Shown piece by piece: positions 55,550-64,000 of a DNA stretch of 64,000 nt. Every line of letters begins with the position of its first letter. The stretch's first letter is position 1. The DNA is taken from assembly GCA_004764695.1 (NCBI GenBank), contig SMSO01000007.1, forward strand, positions 1,681,270-1,745,269. The letters are read 5' to 3'. The notes under the pieces are model-generated. The model was not told the DNA's origin, searched no databases, and saw nothing but the letters and a program-made list of their open reading frames with translations. Position numbers and translations under genes: made by a program. This DNA comes from Schizochytrium sp. TIO01 (Eukaryota > Protista > Bigyra: Labyrinthulomycetes).

Positions 55550-58495
55550 TTACACGAGGCGATACTGGCGGGCGCCAATACCAACCATTTCACCCCAAGT
55601 CATGTGTTTTTTGAGGAAGGAAATAATAACTTCATCAACCACAATGGCCAGCTCGAAACGTTCCTGCTGAGAAACGATACCATCAATCATTTTTGCCACA
55701 CTAAAGGCGCCTGCGGGTACATTAATGCCACGATTTTCTGCGGCGCGTAAGAGCAGCATATAAGCTGTCCTCTTGTCGGGCAATTCGCCCTCCTCATTTG
55801 GTGCAATGGCTTCTGCGAAGGCATCCTCCAGACGCATCTGCAGCTCCTTTCGTTCGTCCTTCTCGGATACAGACGGGTCGCGCAGTGATGAAGTGTTAGA
55901 GAGATGAGCCACAGCCACATCCCGAAGAAGCCCACGGTTCTCTGGCGTTGAAAGTGCTGCTAAAGTCCACAAAAGTGCTTTGGTATCAGGCAAACCAATG
56001 CGGTCATATTGACCAACATCAAAAAGAATAAACTCCTCCTTGTCTGTCTCCAAATCATGGTAGAAGTTAGCATTACCAAGATGAATATCTGAGTGGATAA
56101 CACCATCCTTCACAAAAGCTTGCATAACTGTGCGATGATATTCCTCGAGCATCTTGGCGGCACGAATTTTACGCTCATCATCCTCCGCGCAGGTTGATGG
56201 GCGCTCCAAAACATTTGCAACCGAGGTTCCTCGCGCAACCTCCTCAATGATACACTTTGGAGAGTGATGCCGGACCCGCACAACATGGAACATGGGGTGT
56301 TGGCCAATCATTGTCCGTGCGAATTCACTGAGAACCTCTCCTTCGTTGAACAAGTTAAATTCTCCATAAACTAGTCGGCCCAAACGGGTGGCAACGGAAC
56401 CAAGTTCCTCAGAAGTTTCCAAAGCTCCAATCGAAGAAAGAGCTTCATCCTCAACCTGGGCACGTAAAACTACAACAGCGTACTTCGATCCATCCTCAAA
56501 CAAGGCGGAATTTGCTTGCTTTACAGAGCCTGTACCCAGACAAGGACCAACATGGGAGATTGTGGCGCGGACAGAGCTAGGGATTTGCCACCAATACTCG
56601 GTTGCTGGCATCGGTTCGTTCTTATCACGCAGGTCACCGAGCATTTTCACAAAGTCGGCCGGCATGCGCGGGTGCTCAGCAAGCATTTGCGCTAGCTTGA
56701 CAGCAACCACACCACCACTACTGAGCAGGTCACGCACGAGCTCAGCTTGGGCTTCAGGAGATGCCTCATCAAGCGGAACCCGCGCGAGCGGGTGGCGCAG
56801 AGCAGTCAGTAAGACACGGGTCTGAAGGTCACATGGCATAGCTAAGAAGATAGATTTGACCTCCTTCAAAATGTCCTCGGTGATGCGAGCGTCGCGACGC
56901 AGGGGTCCAATAAGATCATTTTCGATTGCTCTTACATATAGATCATAAGGAGACACACCACCAACTCGCGGCATGTTGCGAAGGTTACTGATAGTGGTAT
57001 TGAGTGCCTCCTTGAGCACGAATTCCTTCATGTCGGGAGAGAGGTCGTCAAAAAGCATTTTCATTTTCATAAGTGTCTTTTCAAGTGCTGTCTGGAGGAT
57101 ACCAGCGCTTTCCAGGATACGGCGTCCCGTAGGGCGCCTCCTGAGCGCCGCGGCCGCCTTGACCTTGGCGGCCACCTCATTGTTGCCTTCTGCAACACTC
57201 TCTGCATCTTGCTGCTGAGCAGTAATACTGAGGTCGTCTACAATATCTTTGACAACCAGCAAGCGCTCCCGCTCCGAAGATGGCTCAGGTTGATCGAGGA
57301 AGTGAATCAATTTGTTCACAGGTCCTGGGAAAAAAGCAATAGCTCCGATAAGTATCGATGTGAGCACGTTCGAGCTGGATTCCGGATGTTGAGGTCTTAG
57401 TCTCTCCATCATGGACCCCGGAACATATGATCCTGACGCTAGGTAGCTATCGATCTGCTCCGACAGCGCCTTGTTGCGTTCCACGGACGGGGGGTAGATC
57501 TCCCGGATAGCTTCCACGCGCTCCTCCAAAGTCTCTAGCTCCTCAACCTCTTCCACAAGTCTCTCCCGCATCAGCTTTTTTGCCGCGAGGAAAACAGTTG
57601 ACTCCGCCTTGGAGATTGCGCTTTCCACTTCATCCGCCCACCCGTGCAAGATGCTCTCCGCAGAGACCGCCATGGCTCCCGAGGCATCGCTCTTTTCAGA
57701 AGCGTCTTTGGAAACGCCATCTTCAACGTTCTTAACCTGCTTCTGTTTGGGAGCATTCTGAAGGGCTTCCTCTATCGCCCTTTGGAAAAGCACCTCGAAG
57801 TCTGGCAAATTGGGTTCAGGCAGACCTTGGTAGACGCGCATTTTAGCACGGAATGACAGTGATCCGTCGAAGGCGCGCACAGCCTTTTCAACAACAAAGG
57901 CCTCGATAGCGCTTGGGTAGCGGTCAAGAAAGATGTAAAGGGCAGTGCCGAAAATGCCGGCACCGATGAGGATTCCAGAGCTAATGAGAAAGACAGTGTG
58001 CTCGTGACGCCAGGAGTTAAAGGCATCACGGGCGGTCTTCTGGGTGTGCTGAAGCTCCTGTATGATGCTACGGGTGTCCGTTGGGTTTTCAGCAATCTTT
58101 GCAGCGAGACGCTCAAGCTCTGCGCTGCGAGAGTTCCCTGAAGAACCCTTACTACTTCCCTCGGCACCGGAGCGAGCCTTACCGAAGAGTGATCGACGCG
58201 AGCGCCATGCATGCCCAGGATTTCGCAAGACGTAGGAAGTACCGCGAGGTTGCGGGATGCAAGCAAAATGCGAGCTCCGGGAGGCCACAGAGGAACATTT
58301 CGACGGCAGCGCAAAAACTGAAACATGCGAGGACTGAGCCAGACGCGAACACGGAGAGCTCATGGCGCGCGTTTGGACTGCATTGCGAAGTTTAGGAAGA
58401 CCACCGCCCTGGCCAACTACTCGCGAGCTGGAGAGAAGAAGCTGTCCGCACGGAAGAGAGGCCAATCGTGGAGAGGAAGCAATCGTGAATCGCAT
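55550..58495 (-). CDS. ABC1/ADCK/UbiB-family atypical protein kinase, probably mitochondrial, with one TM
   Basis: ATG 58495 (MRFTIASS; upstream extension is microsatellite). R/S-rich presequence, TM VFLISSGILIGAGIFGTALYIFL, GVVAVKLAQML (KxGQ-like), LRDKNEPM, LGTGSVKQ, GEFNLFNEG, IIEEVARG, DGVIHSDIHLGN, LFDVG. Confidence 0.88.
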   Translation of the reverse strand: MRFTIASSPRLASLPCGQLLLSSSRVVGQGGGLPKLRNAVQTRAMSSPCSRLAQSSHVSVFALPSKCSSVASRSSHFACIPQPRGTSYVLRNPGHAWRSRRSLFGKARSGAEGSSKGSSGNSRSAELERLAAKIAENPTDTRSIIQELQHTQKTARDAFNSWRHEHTVFLISSGILIGAGIFGTALYIFLDRYPSAIEAFVVEKAVRAFDGSLSFRAKMRVYQGLPEPNLPDFEVLFQRAIEEALQNAPKQKQVKNVEDGVSKDASEKSDASGAMAVSAESILHGWADEVESAISKAESTVFLAAKKLMRERLVEEVEELETLEERVEAIREIYPPSVERNKALSEQIDSYLASGSYVPGSMMERLRPQHPESSSNVLTSILIGAIAFFPGPVNKLIHFLDQPEPSSERERLLVVKDIVDDLSITAQQQDAESVAEGNNEVAAKVKAAAALRRRPTGRRILESAGILQTALEKTLMKMKMLFDDLSPDMKEFVLKEALNTTISNLRNMPRVGGVSPYDLYVRAIENDLIGPLRRDARITEDILKEVKSIFLAMPCDLQTRVLLTALRHPLARVPLDEASPEAQAELVRDLLSSGGVVAVKLAQMLAEHPRMPADFVKMLGDLRDKNEPMPATEYWWQIPSSVRATISHVGPCLGTGSVKQANSALFEDGSKYAVVVLRAQVEDEALSSIGALETSEELGSVATRLGRLVYGEFNLFNEGEVLSEFARTMIGQHPMFHVVRVRHHSPKCIIEEVARGTSVANVLERPSTCAEDDERKIRAAKMLEEYHRTVMQAFVKDGVIHSDIHLGNANFYHDLETDKEEFILFDVGQYDRIGLPDTKALLWTLAALSTPENRGLLRDVAVAHLSNTSSLRDPSVSEKDERKELQMRLEDAFAEAIAPNEEGELPDKRTAYMLLLRAAENRGINVPAGAFSVAKMIDGIVSQQERFELAIVVDEVIISFLKKHMTWGEMVGIGARQYRLV

Positions 58496-58602
58496 CGCGA
58501 AGAAGCGCTCAGCCCGGCAGCGCCCGAGCCTGCCTTCCGCTGAGACTCGCCGAGGCTTTCTCGCTTTGCTTTGTCTTATTTTCTTCGCTTTGCTTTGCTT
58601 TG

Positions 58603-58653
<51 letters not shown>

Positions 58654-59669
58654 TGCTCCGCTTTGCTTTTTTCCTCCTTCTTTCTTTAACTAAAATATAC
58701 CTATTCTTTTCTCCTTTTATTTTTACTTTCAATTTTCAATGTCTAATCTTAAACAAAGAAAAGAAAATGAAAATAGAAAATCACAACGATAGATAGAAAC
58801 AATGCGAATAAAAAGGACATATCTGCCCTTACAAAAGCACGAATACTTTACGAATGGGCCTTCAAGGATCAATCACATTATTATTCTTTGAGGAGAATAG
58901 GAGAAAGAAAATTATTTTATTTTACTTTACTTTACTCCTCCTCAGAAAGAGCTACACAAGATGCGGCCAGTGAGACCATCGATGACCATAACGGCGTGGC
59001 TCTTGTGCGTTCTCAGACTTCGCAAGACGGCCTTCGCCTCTGCGCCAAGCCCGACGCACAGCTTCTTCTTTGCACGGCTGCGGAGGATGCCCGGCCTGCC
59101 GCTCTTGATTTCTCCCAGCAAAACCAACACGAAAGATGACGATGCTTTCTTTACTTCGTCTTTCTTTCTCGCGAGGCTCTGGGCGAATTTAATACGCGGC
59201 GGGAGGCGTATTTTATTCGACCCTATCCTACCAGATCCGCTAGCCAACCCCTAGCTGACCGCCCGCAGATAGATTAAGAGTCTGGAGTCGAGGCGCAGTA
59301 CGTTTGTGGCATTCGTCGCGGCGCTCGGAATTGCTATTGCAAAATGAGGCGCAGTGCTCTTTGCAGAAATACAAGTGGGCTGGCTGGATGGATGGCTAGC
59401 TGCCTGCATGAATGCATGAATGCATGACTGCCTGCGTTTGAGGGAGCAAGGAGGTGAAGATGGCGTTTTCGGGGCGCCTGGAAGTCCATGAATGAAGGAA
59501 TGAAGGAATGAAAAACTGTGCGGTCCAGAGCCGTAGCGGAGGCTAGAGAGTACTAGCTAGGCGCTGCTAGATGGCCATGCTCGCACAACCAATGAAGATG
59601 GCTAAAAGTTCCAAACGATGGGAAGAAGCGATGAGATAAATCACTGCTATTGGTACCTAGATATAGAAG

Positions 59670-60390
59670 AAGTTGCAAGCAAGCACTTTAAGCTTGGAGA
59701 ACCCTTCATGACCCTTTGTACAGTGCATAGTTTGGTGATTGCAAAAATGGCAAGCACGTGGGCTGCACTGCAATGCACTGCGTAAACTTTGATGATGATG
59801 ATGCACCACCGGAATGAGGCTAATATCATGGCGGAGCTGAAAAGAAATGAAACACCGAAACACCTTGGTACTGCAATAACTTTGAAGGGTCTGCGAGGTA
59901 ACAGGTAGGTGAAATATTTTGTCTAGAACCACGTTGGCTTGATCAAACTAGTCGATGATTGGCTAGGTGCTTGCACATTGGTGCTCTAGAGAATACAATA
60001 CCGGGTTAAGTTGTACCAGGTAACTATTATGTTGAAGGTAGTGTGGGTTCCTCGGCGCGACCTCGGAATGGGACAGTGGTATATGAAGGAAGTTCTTGCA
60101 AGATAAGGTTCATGATCTGCGAAAATCAAAGCAATGGTAACTCTCTTCACCAGGCACGCGCCCAGACCGTGTGCAGAAGCTGACGATATGTTTACTAACC
60201 TATCTTTTGGCACTTGAAGCACCACATTCTGGTACTACTGCTCCCTTAAAATTCTGCGTTGAAGCCTGGCAAACCTGACCTTGAAAGCTTCAAAGATTGC
60301 TGGCAACAGCTGTAGTAAGCTAAAGGGATTTAAGTTTTCAAGGTCCAGCAGGCAAGCTCTTGCCCAAGCGATCGCCTCATTTCGTGGAGA
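59670..60390 (-). mobile_element. Possible decayed non-LTR retrotransposon 3' region (post-RT / zinc-knuckle)
   Basis: Fragments RLVNISSASAHGLGACL, FHLPVTSQTLQSYCSTKVFRCFISFQLR and CSPRACHFCNHQTMHCTKG loosely match the RL.S.sA..aGAWL / LP...FR..L..RLG / C..C...H...C signature of restriction-like-endonuclease non-LTR elements; in-frame stops present. Confidence 0.25.
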
Positions 60391-61335
60391 GTTCTTTTTA
60401 CTTTTTCTGGAGTGCCCCTCTGCATGACATGCTTTACAATTTTATCTTTTCCACTGATGAATCTTAGTCGCCGATTGTTCGCAGAGATCAGACATCAAAT
60501 CAGCCTCGACATAGTTTTCTTCTGTAAGTTTTGCTTGCTCATCGAAACTCAGCGCAGAACAAAACAACTCGAAAGGTCGAAAACTGTATTTTCAACACCT
60601 GCATTAGAAGCAGCAGCAAAATCAAACCAAAAACCTGCGTTGCGATCGCGATGCTCCTTCTATCTGCAATGAAAATTATCCTTGAATAGCAACCTCACTA
60701 GATGGTCTTCAAACAGACCTATCACGAAATACACTCCCAGCAAGCACAACAACATGAGCTCAATTGTGGAGACTTTTATGAATAGGTAAATGATCTTTTT
60801 TCCTGTACATAAATGAGTTATTTATTTCATTTTCTTCTCTTTTATTATCGATGCAACAGAAGGATCACTCACTCTATCGTCAAAGCGCCATCCTCTGCGG
60901 CCTTGACCCGCGCCAGGACGCTCTTGTGGGCCTGAGAGGCCCTCAACGGCACCTTAAAGACAGTCCTGTACGCGCCAACTATCTCATAAAGGTCCTGGGT
61001 TGTGACTTTGAAAAGGCCCGCGCGAAGCTGGTGCCTCATTGCGCAGGCCGTGGCGGGAGCTTACTTTGGAGGCGCGCCTTCACATATCTTTATAGCCTGC
61101 TCACGGTTCGTGCGATCACCCCTACTCTTCAGATTATTGAGGCTGCGTTTGTGCCAAGCTTCCCGCTCAGGTGAGGTCGCCTGGAGGCTGGGGCATAAAA
61201 GTTTCATTAGTGTTGAGACTGATATTTAATCTTGACCTCGTGATTTCGAGATTGCTTTCTCCTCGAAATTAACATCAAAAGTCTGAGTCAAAGTAAATCA
61301 CAGGGAGATTTCCCAATTTCTATCGACACAAAACC

Positions 61336-62271
61336 ATGGCATCGATGCCTGGAACAGGACCTGCTGCGGGATCTGGAGATGCCACGCTGGCGATGATGCG
61401 CGAGATTAATGAGAGCGGCAAGCGTCTGCTCGGAAGCTGCATGCGATTGGCTACATCCCTCCCAGTGACGCCATTGCAATCTAAAGCGGAATGGCCTGAA
61501 TTACTAGGACACTTTAAGAATGTGGGGCAGCAGCTTGCTGAGGTAAGCAGCAGAACTGAGCGGCATCTTGAGCATGCAGTTCCTGTACCGACTGCTCCAG
61601 CAGCCTCGCAAGACGGTTCTCCCACGATGTTCATTCCAGAGCTACTTCGTACGAAGAAACCCCCAGAGCAGGAGGCTGATGAAGAGGATGTGCGAGATGC
61701 TATTGCGGGATTTCTTCCAGATAATGACCGCGAGGAAGCTCGCGAAGAGGAGGCAAGCTTGCGACTTGCCCAATTCAACTCTGCTATCTTTAAGTACAAC
61801 CGTGACCTCGATGACCTTGTGGCAAGATTCCGCGACGGTGAGCACAGGACTTCACTTAAGCGCAAGTGTGGAGAGACTGTGACGAAGTTCTCGGCAAAAC
61901 GTCGCGTGGAGCGATCACCGGTAGCGATTGACATGATCAACTTCATGTACACTGGCCAAAACAAAGTCAAGATGATTACTATGAAAAGCGATACTGGGAC
62001 CTCACCTCCTGCAACAACAACAATGTCTTCTCCTGCAAACACAACTATGCCTTCTGTACCTGCAAGTGGGGTGTCGCCAAGCGCACCCGCAGCTCAGGCC
62101 TCACAAGCTGCGGCCCCTGCGCAGGTGCGAACGCCTATACCAGCGAAACCGCAGCAGCCTATGAGACACCCTTCAAACCCTGCCGCAAATACTCAAGGCC
62201 GCCCTGGCCCTTACAATGTACCCCCTCCATCGAAACAACTGCCGCACCAACACATGCCTCCCCGACCTTGA
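61336..62271 (+). CDS. MED8: Mediator complex subunit 8
   Basis: WPELLGHFKNVGQQL (cf. WPSVLDSFALLSGQL), IPELLRTKKPPEQE (cf. VPDHLRTKPDPEVE), MINFMYTG, and a Pro/Gln-rich tail. Confidence 0.82.
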   Translation: MASMPGTGPAAGSGDATLAMMREINESGKRLLGSCMRLATSLPVTPLQSKAEWPELLGHFKNVGQQLAEVSSRTERHLEHAVPVPTAPAASQDGSPTMFIPELLRTKKPPEQEADEEDVRDAIAGFLPDNDREEAREEEASLRLAQFNSAIFKYNRDLDDLVARFRDGEHRTSLKRKCGETVTKFSAKRRVERSPVAIDMINFMYTGQNKVKMITMKSDTGTSPPATTTMSSPANTTMPSVPASGVSPSAPAAQASQAAAPAQVRTPIPAKPQQPMRHPSNPAANTQGRPGPYNVPPPSKQLPHQHMPPRP

Positions 62272-63704
62272 GTGCTTGCATTTACATAACCCCCAAACCG
62301 TTCGATAGTATACCCTCTAATAGTTGTTTAAGCATACAGACTCTCTTCAATTGTAACCTTCTTGTTTCGGACAATGATCACAAAAGTATTCACCATAAGA
62401 TTTCAGGGTTTGCAGCTGGTGCCTCTTATTCCGCTTCTTCAAAGGAGCTCAGAATGGACCACCGTGCTCGCGTATTTTTATGTTCCTCGGTGCTATAAAC
62501 TCCTTGGATCGCCTCTTGCCCTCGCATCTGACACATCTTTCAATCACAGACGAATATCACTCCAAGACTTCACATAACTGACAAACACGTGATAACTTGG
62601 ACAGATTAACTTCTTCACTGCATGGCAGCACATTGCACAGATCAACCTTTACAATCAAACCCTCTGGATACTACTAGTTACTTATAGCTAGTTAGCTACT
62701 TAGCAATTTGCCCGCAACAGTTTATCTTGGCTTCAATCTGCCTCTTCATGCAGGACCGACCACCACTGCCACGTACGTAAGTTGCCACGACGTTGCAAAT
62801 TCACATTCGTGAACAAGCGAGCATCGACCCAACCAACCTTGCCTGCATCCCTGCCTGCCGTTGTCATCGCAACCATGATCGCTCTCGTCGTGTCCCAAGG
62901 AAAGCACTTGCAATATCCGAGCACGCACGTTTTATTCTATTGCTTCCTCTCACTTGCACGTGTCGGGCAGCGTCCGGCCATCGAACAGTCAAGGTTTACA
63001 CATACTACCTCTGCCTACTACTACCTACAGCACCCAAACGAATGATCTTCGCTACCTTAGATCACAAATATCTCGACTCCCTGTAGGTATACCCCATCGT
63101 GACTGCTCTGCTCAGTCAGCTCTATGGGCACCGAATGAACGGAAACGATGCACCTCCAAAGAATTCGCGACGACTTGAAAGGATAGACAGTTCTTGGCTT
63201 TTCCTCTGTGTCCATAATTACTCAGAATAAAATGCGCAATTACAGGAACTGGCGCAATCGATGCCCATAAAGTGCTATTAGAGTACGAGCCATTAGCGAC
63301 GACTAAGCGGCCAGGCAGTCATTCAGGAAAGGTGCCATAACTCAATCGATCGCTCAACGCCTCGGCGGTGGAGCGAGCGAGCGAGCGAGCGAGCAGTCAC
63401 GACGGCTTGCCGAGATCCGGGCCCTCAACTTCTCCGTGTGGCGGGAAGCAGCGCCCGCTCAGAGCCTTTGGTCCGCTAGGAAACACAAACAAACGACGCC
63501 CAGCTCCGCCTCTTGTCTTGTCTTGTCTTGTCTTGTCCTGTCTTGTCCTGTCCTGTTGTGGAGCCCGTCTCCATACGCAAAGAAATCAGAGGGGAAACAA
63601 ACAAGAGGAATAGCGCAAGTCTAGAACATACTTGGGCGTACGAACCGAGCTTAGGCTGGCGCTAAAATAGGTATATATTTTACGAACGTTTGTGCGTAAA
63701 CAGC

Positions 63705-64000
63705 ATGTGCTGTGGTATTTTTAGCCGACACATTACTTTGGTGCTGCTGGAGGTGGTCTTTGCGACGCCGTTCATCTTCTTATGGAAAGATCGTGCAGTC
63801 TATGGCCCCTCTGGCTTGGGATGGTTCCTTTTTGTCTGCGCTGTTTCGGTGGTAGGCTTGATTTTTACGGGTGTGCGAGGTTGCTGCAGCGGCCTTTTTG
63901 CAATTCGTTGGGCTGCAAATGTCATCTTAGTATTCTATATGATATGTCAAATTGGAATCGCAGGTGTCGCCGGATACTATTCTTACGTGTTTTGGTACCC
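63705..64000 (+). CDS. Tetraspanin-like multi-pass membrane protein, truncated by window edge
   Basis: Manual translation, open to the edge: MCCGIFSRHITLVLLEVVFATPFIFLWKDRAVYGPSGLGWFLFVCAVSVVGLIFTGVRGCCSGLFAIRWAANVILVFYMICQIGIAGVAGYYSYVFWY. Three hydrophobic helices, GCC after TM2, polar Q in TM3. Not in the ORF track. Confidence 0.6.
   Translation, partial: MCCGIFSRHITLVLLEVVFATPFIFLWKDRAVYGPSGLGWFLFVCAVSVVGLIFTGVRGCCSGLFAIRWAANVILVFYMICQIGIAGVAGYYSYVFWY

Noticed and set aside
58496-58732. Lys-rich N-terminal extension of the kinase ORF
   Set aside because: Derived from (TTTC)n/(TTTGC)n repeats upstream of the true ATG

Overview
Eukaryotic, intron-poor genomic window with long microsatellite-rich intergenic tracts. 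The style suggests a stramenopile protist, probably a thraustochytrid/labyrinthulomycete (inference only). About 11 protein-coding genes are supportable. The main discovery is missing from the ORF track because it runs off the left edge: an uninterrupted minus-strand ORF (2451 to <1, at least 817 aa) encoding an inward-rectifier K+ channel (Kir; TLGYG filter, IHEID.SPL cytoplasmic domain) fused in frame to a DHAR/CLIC-type glutathione-transferase-fold domain with a CPYS active site, i.e. a candidate glutathione/redox-coupled K+ channel. The other genes are a large EF-hand protein, EDEM3-like GH47 mannosidase (PA domain, KEDL), a winged-helix/cold-shock/NYN RNA-binding protein with a split, degenerate nuclease domain, syntaxin-5 with Ser at the SNARE zero layer, a tail-to-tail pair of PHO80/CYCP-type cyclins, a Golgi-type sulfotransferase split by a 1-nt frameshift, an ABC1/UbiB atypical kinase with a WNK-like relocated lysine, MED8, and a tetraspanin-like gene cut by the right edge. 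There is also a candidate ~250-nt structured Pol III RNA, and decayed copia-like and non-LTR-like retroelement remnants. All family calls come from manual translation and recalled motifs; no searches were run.
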